Assembly: GCA_023256475.1 (NCBI GenBank)
Contig: JAGDXP010000002.1
Location: 35,116-99,115 of the forward strand
Length of the DNA stretch: 64,000 nucleotides
Source of the DNA: Thermoplasmata archaeon
Lineage (GTDB): Archaea > Thermoplasmatota > Thermoplasmata > Thermoplasmatales > GCA-001856825
Reading direction: 5' to 3'
The position numbers and the translations under genes are program-made. This document shows, one piece after another, positions 54,517 through 63,923 of the stretch. The first letter of the stretch is position 1; each line of letters opens with the position of its first letter. The notes under the pieces were generated by a model. The model worked only from the letters and a program-made list of their open reading frames with translations, was not told the DNA's origin and did not search any database.

Positions 54517-57120
54517 ATGGTGAAAATTTTTGCAATCATATTAACTATGGTTATGATTTTAGTTGCGGCTTCCCCGCTAACACAAACAGTTTCTGCTACA
54601 CCATATACTGGTCCTGAACCAACACCAACTAACGTGACTTTCTATTTGCACAACGTCAGTAGACCCATATATGTTGGCTCTACTCCGGCACTTAATGTTC
54701 TGAATACAGTAAATGATACCAATGTAACCTACATAAAAACAGGTAAACTTGTCACAGGGCTCCATTATATTTCAGTACAATTCTATATTGTGCCTCAACT
54801 TGCTTCAAATCTTACAATAAATGGCACGCCCGAGCTTTATCTATATTTGAATCAAACGGGAAGTTCATCTGGCGGGAGTATTTCTTATACCTTATACTCA
54901 TTAAATCCAAATGGAACTACATCAATCATAGGTACTTCAGCCCCTTATGCCCTCTCAAATGTAAAATATGGATCTACTCCAAATCTAAATTTAATAAGCT
55001 TTGGTTCTAAGTTGCTTTACACAATTCCAAAGAATAATTCTCTTGAGCTTTCTATAACTATATCAGGAGCATCCAGCAACTATTACGGCATATGGTGGGG
55101 GTTAGTATCCCATACCTATTATTACAGTGCATTGGACTTGCCAGTCAGCAATTACCTTAATGTTGAAAATATATCAACATTTGTTAATGGAAATTTAACT
55201 AGCGTTTTCCCATCTACAGGAAACAAAACTGTCAAAATAATAGCTAATATAACGGATCCACTTGGAATATACGACTTCAATTCTTATCCAGTTAACCTTG
55301 AAATCAGCAATTTGAGCGGGACTATTTTCTCAACTGGTATGAAACCCTTGAATAATCCACTTGAAAGTTCTTATTATCAGCTCTTCTATGCGTATTATAA
55401 TTATTCTGGCCTGCCGCCTGGAAGGTATGAAATAAGTGTAAATGCCACTGATAACACTTATCATAATCTTATAAATCAGAATACTGGAAGCAGCTATTAT
55501 GGCAGAAACGCCTTTGGAGTAGCATATTTCTGGATAGGTGGAAGACCAGTAAATGTTCAATTCAGGGTTGTTGATACTCTAAATAATTCTGTACAAAATG
55601 CCACTGTAAAAATATACTCAATTACATCTTATATCGGAAAGAATTCAACAAACTCATCTGGAATAGCTTCATTTGAGCTGAGCGCCAATTCCTCTTACGT
55701 TGCTAAGGTGTTCTATGAGAATTCCCCTGTTGGAGTTTTCCCATTCAATACTTCAAGTTCCAATGAAAGTTTTTCGTTATCTGCACTCATATATTATCCC
55801 ACATTTAAGATCCTCGATAATGCTTCCCAGCCACTGGGGAATGCACTGATATATGCAATCAACCCTGGAGGCTTGCATTATCCATTATTGGTCACGTCAA
55901 AGAATGGCACTGCATCTCTAAAGCAAGTACCCGGAGGAAATTACTACCTTAACATTTTATGGCATGATACTTTAGTATTCAATGGATCCATTCCATTAAA
56001 TAGCAATAGAATAATTCCAATTAATGTAAGTGTGTATGAACAAAGCATATATGTTTCATATCCTCAACTGGGTGCCATTGATCTTGCCTATATAGAAATA
56101 TACAACATAACCACTGGAAACATAATAGGATTCAACAATACGAATATCAATGGATTCTCTCAAATTCCAATACCAGTTGGCAGCTATGGAATAACAGTAT
56201 TCTGGAAGACATTCACAATATTCAGCGGCTTAGTTCAGGAGCCATCTAATGCTACTCTGCACATCACTGCTGAACTTTACAACTTTACCATGACCACACT
56301 GGATTATAGCAATCTACCTATTGCCGGCGTTGTCATAGATATATATGAAAACAATACCCTTGTATCAACCACCATTTCAGGAAATAATGGAAACTCATCT
56401 GTGGTGTTGGGCAAAGGAGCATATTCAATGCAGTTTTATTACATGGGATATAATGTTGGCCAAGCACAAATTTCAATAAATTCCAACACTTCTATGAGTT
56501 ACGCATTATCCATTTATAGCATCAATTTAACAACATTTGATACCAGGAACGCTACCATAGGCGATATTCAACTGAAGATATACAACCCATCAGATCCACA
56601 ATACCAGATCAGTGTGGTAACTAATGTAGAAGGGAATGCTCAGGCCATTCTCCCGGCAGGTATATTTGACTATGAAGCATATTATCTAGGAACAGATGTA
56701 GCTTCGGGAAGCTTCACAGTTACAGGCCAGAATAGCATTCCAATACCTACCATGGTTTATTATGTCAATATAAAAATATTGACCAACTCGGGCCAGCCTT
56801 TGAGTGGCACATTCGTTGAAGTCTGGCATGATGGAATGTTGGTAGGGAGCGGATTAACCAACAAGAGCGGAATCGTTACATTTAGGCTGCCTGCAGGAAA
56901 TTATACCATGGAAGCTTATTATTCAGGTACATACATGTTGACTCCTGAAAAGCAAAGCATCATAGAACCATTAAATGTTATGGGTTCCCAGACAATGGCT
57001 TTCAAGTTAAGTGGAATTAATTTGCCGTTCTATGATACTTATGCCTTCTATCTTGCTCTAATATTCGTCATAATAATTGCAGCCTTTGTATTTGCCATCC
57101 GTCGTATGGGTAAGAGATAA
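54517..57120 (+). CDS. Large surface glycoprotein with tandem beta-sandwich repeats and a C-terminal TM anchor
   Basis: Signal-like N-terminus FAIILTMVMILVAASP. By hand count, about 38 N-x-S/T sequons. Six tandem units of about 81 aa. C-terminal anchor FYLALIFVIIIAAFVFAI followed by RRMGKR. Confidence 0.7.
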   Translation: MVKIFAIILTMVMILVAASPLTQTVSATPYTGPEPTPTNVTFYLHNVSRPIYVGSTPALNVLNTVNDTNVTYIKTGKLVTGLHYISVQFYIVPQLASNLTINGTPELYLYLNQTGSSSGGSISYTLYSLNPNGTTSIIGTSAPYALSNVKYGSTPNLNLISFGSKLLYTIPKNNSLELSITISGASSNYYGIWWGLVSHTYYYSALDLPVSNYLNVENISTFVNGNLTSVFPSTGNKTVKIIANITDPLGIYDFNSYPVNLEISNLSGTIFSTGMKPLNNPLESSYYQLFYAYYNYSGLPPGRYEISVNATDNTYHNLINQNTGSSYYGRNAFGVAYFWIGGRPVNVQFRVVDTLNNSVQNATVKIYSITSYIGKNSTNSSGIASFELSANSSYVAKVFYENSPVGVFPFNTSSSNESFSLSALIYYPTFKILDNASQPLGNALIYAINPGGLHYPLLVTSKNGTASLKQVPGGNYYLNILWHDTLVFNGSIPLNSNRIIPINVSVYEQSIYVSYPQLGAIDLAYIEIYNITTGNIIGFNNTNINGFSQIPIPVGSYGITVFWKTFTIFSGLVQEPSNATLHITAELYNFTMTTLDYSNLPIAGVVIDIYENNTLVSTTISGNNGNSSVVLGKGAYSMQFYYMGYNVGQAQISINSNTSMSYALSIYSINLTTFDTRNATIGDIQLKIYNPSDPQYQISVVTNVEGNAQAILPAGIFDYEAYYLGTDVASGSFTVTGQNSIPIPTMVYYVNIKILTNSGQPLSGTFVEVWHDGMLVGSGLTNKSGIVTFRLPAGNYTMEAYYSGTYMLTPEKQSIIEPLNVMGSQTMAFKLSGINLPFYDTYAFYLALIFVIIIAAFVFAIRRMGKR
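55549..57012 (+). repeat. Six tandem coding repeats (about 243 nt / 81 aa each) inside the surface-protein gene
   Basis: Units start near aa 345, 427, 507, 588, 667 and 748. Each has an aromatic-led first strand and a conserved ...G.a...lP.G.Y...(F/Y)(W/Y) tail, for example SGIASFELSANSSYVAKVFY, NGTASLKQVPGGNYYLNILW and SGIVTFRLPAGNYTMEAYY. The units look like CarboxypepD_reg/PEGA-type domains and are divergent at the DNA level. Confidence 0.6.
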
Positions 57121-57160
57121 TTCTTTTTCTTCTCTCTTTTTCTTGATTTCTAATTTTTTA
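57121..57160 (+). terminator. T-rich tract, candidate archaeal terminator after the surface-protein gene
   Basis: Three oligo-T runs (CTTTTTC twice and ATTTTTTA) occur within 40 nt of the stop codon. Confidence 0.4.
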
Positions 57161-57231
57161 AATTTTCTATTTCCTTGAAATTAGGATTTCCGGGATGTTA
57201 AGAGTTTTATCCAATCAAAAATTTACCTCCA

Positions 57232-58371
57232 ATGACTAACAACGTAACCCCATGGGAAGTAAAGGGCAAAATCGATTACGATAAACTCATTGAACAGTTC
57301 GGAACCCAAAAAATTGATGAACCATTAATAAAAAGAATGGAGGAGTTGACGGGAGGAAATCTTCACACCATGCTCAGGAGGGGGATATTTTTCTCCCACA
57401 GGGACCTGGATTTGATCTTGAAGGATTATTCCGAAGGTAAAAATTTCTTCCTTTATACTGGGAGGGCTCCATCACTTGGAATGCACATCGGTCACCTTAT
57501 CCCCTTCGTCTTCACTAAATGGCTTCAGGATGTTTTTAAGGTAAATGTCTACATTGAAGTCACAGATGATGAAAAGTTCATGAGAAATCTTGATTATTCA
57601 TTGGAACAGACTAGACAATGGTCTATAGAAAATATTCTGGATATCATAGCTGTTGGATTCAATCCCGATAGAACATTTATTTTCCAAGATACTGAATACA
57701 TAAGAAACATGTACCCCATCTCCATAAAAATAGCCAAAAAATTAAATTTTTCAGAGGTCAGGGCCACATTCGGATTTGACAACTCCTCAAATATCGGAAT
57801 AATCTTCTACCCAGCCCTACAAATTGCTCCAACAATGTTTGAAAGGAGGAGATGTCTGATACCCGCAGGAATTGATCAGGATCCTTACTGGAGACTTCAA
57901 AGAGATATAGCTGAATCACTGGGATATTATAAGGCAGCTCAGATACACAGCAAATTCCTTCCACCCTTAACTGGACCTGAAGGCAAAATGAGCTCATCAT
58001 CACCGGATTCAGCAATATATCTATCAGATGACCCGAAGACTGTCAGGAAGAAAATAATGAAATATGCATTTTCCGGAGGGCAGCCCACGGCTGAACTCCA
58101 GAGGAAACTGGGCGCTGATTTAAGCGTTGACGTCCCATATCAATGGTTATACTATTTCTTTGAGGAAGATGATGAAAATATCAGGAAGATTGCAGACGAA
58201 TATTCAAGCGGAAGGATGCTTACGGGCGAAATTAAAGAATACCTTGCAGATAAACTTAATAAATTCCTTGAGGAACACAGAGCTAGGAGAGAGGAAGCAA
58301 AGGAGCTCATCAAGGAATTTAAGTATGAAGGGAAATTAGCGAGGGAAATGTGGAACAAGACGATAGAATAA
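57232..58371 (+). CDS. trpS: Tryptophanyl-tRNA synthetase
   Basis: Class I HIGH motif (LGMHIGHL) and KMSKS variant (GKMSSSSPDS), with overall archaeal/eukaryotic-type TrpRS length. Confidence 0.9.
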   Translation: MTNNVTPWEVKGKIDYDKLIEQFGTQKIDEPLIKRMEELTGGNLHTMLRRGIFFSHRDLDLILKDYSEGKNFFLYTGRAPSLGMHIGHLIPFVFTKWLQDVFKVNVYIEVTDDEKFMRNLDYSLEQTRQWSIENILDIIAVGFNPDRTFIFQDTEYIRNMYPISIKIAKKLNFSEVRATFGFDNSSNIGIIFYPALQIAPTMFERRRCLIPAGIDQDPYWRLQRDIAESLGYYKAAQIHSKFLPPLTGPEGKMSSSSPDSAIYLSDDPKTVRKKIMKYAFSGGQPTAELQRKLGADLSVDVPYQWLYYFFEEDDENIRKIADEYSSGRMLTGEIKEYLADKLNKFLEEHRARREEAKELIKEFKYEGKLAREMWNKTIE

Positions 58372-58373
58372 AT

Positions 58374-59468
58374 TTATCCCTTCTTTATATAGATTGTAAG
58401 GATATCACCATCTGCCAATACGTGATCCAATCCAACCCTCTGGTTGGGGAACTTTACTGAGTTTCCCTTCACTGTAGCAAATTTGAATCTTTCAACAAAT
58501 TCATTGTGTAGCATCCTGCACACATCTTCCACAGTGCTTCCTTCCCTGATGGCCATGGGCTCATCATCTGGTTCATTCTCATACTCCTTCTTGAGATAAA
58601 CTCTTATCATTCGAGTGTTCTCAGCAATGGCCTTCTTCAAAGATTCCAAATTCTCATGGTTTGCAGCCGATACCGGGATAGGGTCTATACCTCTTGACTT
58701 GAGATATTCATATGCATCCTTAAATTCAGGAGTGTCCGCCTTGTTGAGTATGTATATAGCCCTTAGATAAACCCTGTTTCCCATCAGCCCATCTATGAAC
58801 CTCTCAGAATCCATGTTTTCCCTTATAATTATATCAGCGTTAATGAGCCCGAACTCCCTTGCAATAATGGTGAAAAGCTCGGTATCAACCTGAACTTTTC
58901 CAGTGGTCATTATATTTAATCCGCCCCTGTCTTTCTTGATTATGCTTATCCTTGGGGGTTCTTCATTTAACCTTATTCCCATGGCCCTGATTTCGTTGAT
59001 AATGTATTCATAATTATACTTGAAGGGGTCAAGTACAATTGCTACAAGGTCCACATTTCTCAGAACGGATATGACTTCTCTGCCCCTTCCCTTACCTGAA
59101 CCAGCCCCTTCGATAATACCTGGCAGATCCAATATTCTGAATTTCATCTTATTGTATTCCATTATTCCGGGAACTATGGATAGTGTGGTAAAGTCAAAGT
59201 CTCCCACTCTACTTTCTGCATTGGTTATGGCATTGAGAATGCTGCTTTTCCCCACTGATGGAGGGCCAATCAAGGCAACAGAAGGATAAACTCCTTTCTT
59301 AATGAAGAATCCTGTGCCGCCTCCGCCCCTCCTTCTTTCCTCTTTAGCCTTCTGGAGCTTGGCTAGCTTCGCCTTCAATTTCCCTACATGATGCTCAGTA
59401 GCCTTGTTGTACTGTGTCTTCTTAAGTTCTTCCTCAATCCTGGCAATCTCTTCCTCTATTGTTGGCAT
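58374..59468 (-). CDS. DRG/Rbg-family developmentally regulated GTP-binding protein (Obg-like, C-terminal TGS)
   Basis: N-terminal IEEEIARIEEELKKTQYNKATEHHVGKLKAKLAKL, then G1 GPPSVGKSS and DLPGIIEGA, then a C-terminal TGS-like domain. Confidence 0.9.
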   Translation of the reverse strand: MPTIEEEIARIEEELKKTQYNKATEHHVGKLKAKLAKLQKAKEERRRGGGGTGFFIKKGVYPSVALIGPPSVGKSSILNAITNAESRVGDFDFTTLSIVPGIMEYNKMKFRILDLPGIIEGAGSGKGRGREVISVLRNVDLVAIVLDPFKYNYEYIINEIRAMGIRLNEEPPRISIIKKDRGGLNIMTTGKVQVDTELFTIIAREFGLINADIIIRENMDSERFIDGLMGNRVYLRAIYILNKADTPEFKDAYEYLKSRGIDPIPVSAANHENLESLKKAIAENTRMIRVYLKKEYENEPDDEPMAIREGSTVEDVCRMLHNEFVERFKFATVKGNSVKFPNQRVGLDHVLADGDILTIYIKKG

Positions 59469-59986
59469 TTCCAGACCCTTACCAGCCTGATTTCTTCCAA
59501 ATGGTATGTTATTTTCCCGACTACTTCATGGCACAGGCCTTTAGTCTCTTTCCAATCGATTGGAGCAATGGATGATTCTATTATGTAAGATACTTTACAT
59601 TTGTCCCTTGCCTGATTTAGAAATTTAATGGTGGTTTCATTCCCTATAATCCCCCCGCTGAGATCCCTGTGATTGAATTCATCTGAAGGCAAATAGGGAG
59701 GATTGAATAGGCAAAAATCAAATTCTCCCTTTATTGATGATAGTAGATCAGAAACTATAACATCCCCACTTAATTTATTAAATTCAAGATTCTTCTTAGT
59801 GCATTCCACTGCCTTTGGATCAATATCTATGAAAGTTACTTCATTCCCCTTCTCCAAATAATGGATTCCAACAATGCCTGTCCCACATCCAACATCTAGT
59901 ATTTTCCCTCTCACCTCAGGAATGCTCAGCATAAGATATGAATCGTCTTCAGGTTCGTATACGCCTTCGCACTTTGATATCTTCAT
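59456..59986 (-). CDS. HemK/Mtq2-like N5-glutamine methyltransferase (NPPY class)
   Basis: SAM motif ILDVGCGTGIVG and catalytic FNPPY. It overlaps aIF6 upstream (ATGA) and the DRG gene downstream (13 nt). Confidence 0.8.
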   Translation of the reverse strand: MKISKCEGVYEPEDDSYLMLSIPEVRGKILDVGCGTGIVGIHYLEKGNEVTFIDIDPKAVECTKKNLEFNKLSGDVIVSDLLSSIKGEFDFCLFNPPYLPSDEFNHRDLSGGIIGNETTIKFLNQARDKCKVSYIIESSIAPIDWKETKGLCHEVVGKITYHLEEIRLVRVWKCQQ

Positions 59987-60639
59987 AGATCCAATGCTTC
60001 CTCAATATTCAGAACCTCTATGGGCGTGCTGTCTTCTCCGACCAGAGCACCCTTGGAGTTGGCAATAACTGAAGCACCAACGTACACGCTTCCAAAATTG
60101 GCGGTCCCAACCTTTGCCTTTGTTCCGAATATGGATTCAATTTCATGGACTTCATCATCTTCCAGGAAGGGTGGGAGTATAAGACCCTTGGTGGTTATAA
60201 GGCCGCTAGAGCCTATGGTCTTTATATCATGGAAAGAAAGCTTCACAACCTCTACCGAAAGCGCGTCCTCTATTTCCCTTATGGTCTTTCTATCGTAATC
60301 CTCATGGACAATGGCTGCCTTATCATTGGCAAGTATGTTGTTTCCAAACGCGTTCAGGTTAGAATCAATTACCGTATATCTCAAATCACTGGGGATTAAT
60401 TTGAGTTCCTTGCTATCCACAAGATTGCTAAGGATTGTTCCCTGAGAGTTCATAATCATCAAAGAACCAAGAACTGTTGAATTACCCAGCGATATCTCCA
60501 CTACTTCAGTACCAAGGGTTTCCCTAATCATATTTACTAATTCAGGATCTGTAGATTTTGGAACAAATGTGTATTTTTCCCAAGTTCTTATATAAATACC
60601 CAAAAAAGGGGAATTAAAAATTCTAGCCTTTTGTATCAT
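59983..60639 (-). CDS. eif6: Translation initiation factor 6 (aIF6)
   Basis: 218 aa starting MIQKARIFNSPFLGIYIRT. The pentein-type internal repeats are typical of aIF6. Confidence 0.95.
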   Translation of the reverse strand: MIQKARIFNSPFLGIYIRTWEKYTFVPKSTDPELVNMIRETLGTEVVEISLGNSTVLGSLMIMNSQGTILSNLVDSKELKLIPSDLRYTVIDSNLNAFGNNILANDKAAIVHEDYDRKTIREIEDALSVEVVKLSFHDIKTIGSSGLITTKGLILPPFLEDDEVHEIESIFGTKAKVGTANFGSVYVGASVIANSKGALVGEDSTPIEVLNIEEALDL

Positions 60640-60645
60640 GAAAAT

Positions 60646-60915
60646 TCAATCTGGCAAGAGGACCTCCGCAGAATTGTCCTCTTCAATTTTAACTATCTTA
60701 ACCTTTAACTTCTTTGGTGGTTTTTCAATTCCCCTGCTCCAAATCAATTTATTGACCTGGTCATCTATCCATACCTTTTCCAAAGGTACCTTTGCAAATC
60801 TTGAGACTTTGCGCCTTAACAGTGAGATTGCCGCTGGGCTCCTTCTCTTCCTGGAAACATAAACTATTTCCCTCAATGAAATTACCATATTCATTTCCTT
60901 TTCTGCCATGAGCAT
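60646..60915 (-). CDS. rpl31e: 50S ribosomal protein L31e
   Basis: The block RRSPAAISLLRRKVSRFAKV...VWIDDQVNKLIWSRGIEKPPKKLKV is typical of eL31. The track start at 60918 is a GTG. The ATG at 60915 overlaps the L39e TGA stop by 1 nt (TGATG). Confidence 0.9.
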   Translation of the reverse strand: MLMAEKEMNMVISLREIVYVSRKRRSPAAISLLRRKVSRFAKVPLEKVWIDDQVNKLIWSRGIEKPPKKLKVKIVKIEEDNSAEVLLPD

Positions 60916-61070
60916 CACTCCTTGAGCTTATTTCTCCTCCATGTCCTTCTCTTTGGATTTGTTGTCACTCTTCTATTGGTTCTGATCATAACCCAAGCCG
61001 GTACTCTTGAATTTTCCTTTACCTTTGCCATAAGCCTTTTTTTCATAGCTTCTGGTTTATTCCTAGCCAT
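60915..61070 (-). CDS. rpl39e: 50S ribosomal protein L39e (not in the ORF track; below the length cutoff)
   Basis: My hand translation of the minus strand gives [51 protein letters not shown], a close match to the eL39 consensus (MARNKP...RVP.WVM.KTNRRV...PKRR.WRR.KLK). AGGAG lies 10 nt upstream. An alternative ATG at 61076 would add MK. Confidence 0.85.
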   Translation of the reverse strand: MARNKPEAMKKRLMAKVKENSRVPAWVMIRTNRRVTTNPKRRTWRRNKLKE

Positions 61071-61076
61071 TTTCAT

Positions 61077-61418
61077 TCATCTCCTTTCTATTCTTATTTC
61101 CCTCTTTTCGCTTAACCTTGCCAGTAGAGCCTTCACCTCAGCATCTGTAATCTGCCGAGTGAGTCTACCAGATTGAGCCAGATAAATTATCTGGTTTTCC
61201 ACATTTTCAGCCAGTTCTGGCCTAACCAGTCTGACGTTTGAGAGCCTCTGTAAGGCTTCAGGGGTCAAGAGCTTCCTCAGTATTTCCAGTCTTTCCTTTT
61301 CAGCGGCCTTTCTCTCTGCTTCTTGCTGCTCCTCCATGGCCTGCCTCTCAAGGGCTTGCTTCTGAAGCTCCTGCAGCCTTCTTCTTCTAATTTCTTCCAA
61401 CTCTCTATCGTCAGACAT
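61077..61418 (-). CDS. PDCD5/TFAR19-like double-stranded DNA-binding protein
   Basis: The sequence [19 protein letters not shown]...[35 protein letters not shown] matches the PF01984 pattern. The ATG at 61418 is preceded by AGGAGGTGA. The track's GTG at 61427 lies within that Shine-Dalgarno element. Confidence 0.85.
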   Translation of the reverse strand: MSDDRELEEIRRRRLQELQKQALERQAMEEQQEAERKAAEKERLEILRKLLTPEALQRLSNVRLVRPELAENVENQIIYLAQSGRLTRQITDAEVKALLARLSEKREIRIERR

Positions 61419-61433
61419 TAAATTCACCTCCTT

Positions 61434-61880
61434 TCAGAGGTATTTTGATATTTCTGGGAGTTCCTCTTTCAATTTTTCAGACAGCTCTTTTGTAATTGAA
61501 TTGAGGTATTTCAATCCCTCGGGGGATACCTCTCTTCCTTTCTTGCTTTTTGTTATATATCCAAGCTTTTCAAGGTCATACATGCACTGTCTAATTATTT
61601 TCCTGGATCCAGTGGATGCATGATACCTCTTTGATCCTCTATCCACTTTACCACCGTATTCAGCGGAGAGCCTTATGGAACCTATTGGACCTAGGATCGC
61701 TATCTTCCTGAGTACGGAAGCCAGCCTCTTGTAGTACCAATCGTTCTCATAAGGACCTCTCTCTTTGTGTTGCCCCGTTTTAACTACCAGTGCCCATTCT
61801 GGTTCCTTTACCTTACTTTTTAAATCTTCCGCTATCCTCTCTATGAGCATATCCGGTGGAATATCTTTGTAACCAACCAT
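61434..61880 (-). CDS. rps19e: 30S ribosomal protein S19e
   Basis: 148 aa with WYYKRLASVLRKI and GGKVDRGSKRYHASTGSRKIIR blocks typical of eS19. Confidence 0.95.
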   Translation of the reverse strand: MVGYKDIPPDMLIERIAEDLKSKVKEPEWALVVKTGQHKERGPYENDWYYKRLASVLRKIAILGPIGSIRLSAEYGGKVDRGSKRYHASTGSRKIIRQCMYDLEKLGYITKSKKGREVSPEGLKYLNSITKELSEKLKEELPEISKYL

Positions 61881-61942
61881 TACTATCTCCTTCTGGCAAA
61901 CTGTATACCAGACATATTAATAATTTCTTCTATTTAATATGT

Positions 61943-63865
61943 CTACCTCAATCTTATGGTCTCAAGATTATAGGGTGCATAGGCTTCCACACCGAACTTC
62001 GCTTCTAGCGTTCTGGCAAGTTCTATGGCCTTCGATGGATCACCGTGATTGACTAGAATCCTCTTTGGCTTGGATTCCAAAGCCTCTATGTATTTTATAA
62101 GTTGCCTCCTGTCTGAATGCCCGGAAAATCCATCCACGCTTTCAACAGCCATGTTTACGGTCACCTTTTTTGGTGCTCCACCCCTGGCTATTTCGATTTC
62201 TTTAATTCCGCTCTGTATCTTCCTCCCCAAGGTTCCTTCAGCCTGATATCCTACGAAAACAAGGAAGTTCCTCTCATCCTCCGCCCAGTTAGTGAAATAT
62301 TCTAAAACTGGGCCACCGTTCATCATACCTGATGTTGCCAGGACTACAAATGGACCCACATCGTCTATTATCTGCTCCCTTGTCTCCTGGACATCGACTC
62401 TCTTGAATATATTAGACAGGAATGGATTTTCTTTCTTCTTCGTTATGGAATCTCTCAGATTAACATTCAGGAATTCGGGATAGGCTGTGTGGATAGCTGT
62501 AGCCTCATATATCATTCCGTCCAGATATACTGGAATCGTTTCCAGTTCACCCTTCCTCATTTTCTCCTCAAGAACCAGCATCACTTCCTGACTTCTTCCA
62601 ACCGCAAAAACTGGCACTAGGACCTTCCCCTTCCTCTCAATGGCAAGCTTTACAATCTGTGCTATCCTTTCCCCTGCTTCCTGCCTTGATGGTTGCACGT
62701 CGTTCTTGCCTCCATAAGTGCTCTCGGTGACGTATGTCTCAACTCTCGGTACCCTTGAGTCTGCCGCGTTAAATAACCAGGAATTTGAATACTTAATATC
62801 TCCGGACATTAGCAAATTGTGGAAACCCTCTCCCACGTGGAAGTGGACAACGCTTGAACCCAATATATGCCCTGCATTTCTCATGGTAACCCTCACATCT
62901 GGGGAAATATCTGTTGTCTCATTGTAATTTAATGTCACGGTATGTCTTATCATATTCCTGACATCTTCCAGCTTGTACGGAGATTTCCTGTTCTCAGATA
63001 TGGCCAGTCTAATATAATCCATTAACAGAAGCAGAACCATATCTCTTGTTGGCGCCGTCAGATAAACCGGACCATCATAACCTATGGAGAAAAGATATGG
63101 CAGAAATCCACTATGATCCATGTGGGCATGGGTCAGTACCACGCCATCCAGTGAATTCAAAGGCCACAATTCGGGTGCATTCAGATAGGGGGCACCCATG
63201 GACGGATCCTCTGAATCAACCGCGGACGGGTCCATTCCACAATCTATCATTACCTTGGTATTCTTTGTCATGAGTAATGTACTGGATCGCCCGACTTCCC
63301 TCCATCCACCTAAAGCTGTTAATCTAACATAATTTTCCCCAGGATGGGGTTCTCTGGCGATCCTTTTCGCCAGGTTCTTCAGGAATTTCCTTCTTTCCTG
63401 ATATTCGGATTTCATAAATTCCCTAACCATTTTAATCGTGGTGCTTCGCATGGGTGGAGTCCTTATGATCCTTGGGGCCCACTTAACTGCCTTTCTGATT
63501 TCAGATATATAGGGTTTCTGAGGGTCCATAACAGTCTCTGGATCATCTAGTTCTATGAGAACCTCGCCAGTATCATTCTCAAAGAAAATATCCGAGATTT
63601 TAATTTCCCTCGGAATTATTCTCCTGATAATTTCTTCAGCTTCTTCCTCTGAGATCAACACTGAGGAATCTGGCCTAACCACTACCCTTCTTTTAAGCTT
63701 CTGTGCCATCTTCTTTATCTTTTCCGGATCCTCAAAGAACCTGTCGCTCTCCTTGGAATAAACTATTATGTTCGCGCCTTCCATGTCTATGCTTGTATAG
63801 TCCAAATCTGGGAAAAATTCTTCCAACGCATCCCTTGTATTCTCTATTATAGTATTGTAATCCAT
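61943..63865 (-). CDS. aCPSF1: KH-domain beta-CASP metallo-beta-lactamase ribonuclease
   Basis: N-terminal KH-like region, the MBL motif LTHAHMDHSG, beta-CASP blocks and a C-terminal HGD. The length of 640 aa is typical of archaeal CPSF1. Confidence 0.95.
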   Translation of the reverse strand: MDYNTIIENTRDALEEFFPDLDYTSIDMEGANIIVYSKESDRFFEDPEKIKKMAQKLKRRVVVRPDSSVLISEEEAEEIIRRIIPREIKISDIFFENDTGEVLIELDDPETVMDPQKPYISEIRKAVKWAPRIIRTPPMRSTTIKMVREFMKSEYQERRKFLKNLAKRIAREPHPGENYVRLTALGGWREVGRSSTLLMTKNTKVMIDCGMDPSAVDSEDPSMGAPYLNAPELWPLNSLDGVVLTHAHMDHSGFLPYLFSIGYDGPVYLTAPTRDMVLLLLMDYIRLAISENRKSPYKLEDVRNMIRHTVTLNYNETTDISPDVRVTMRNAGHILGSSVVHFHVGEGFHNLLMSGDIKYSNSWLFNAADSRVPRVETYVTESTYGGKNDVQPSRQEAGERIAQIVKLAIERKGKVLVPVFAVGRSQEVMLVLEEKMRKGELETIPVYLDGMIYEATAIHTAYPEFLNVNLRDSITKKKENPFLSNIFKRVDVQETREQIIDDVGPFVVLATSGMMNGGPVLEYFTNWAEDERNFLVFVGYQAEGTLGRKIQSGIKEIEIARGGAPKKVTVNMAVESVDGFSGHSDRRQLIKYIEALESKPKRILVNHGDPSKAIELARTLEAKFGVEAYAPYNLETIRLR

Positions 63866-63923
63866 ATTTCAAAAACACCTTGCCCTTAAAAGTATGAAAT
63901 AAAATTCAATGATTAAATTTAGA

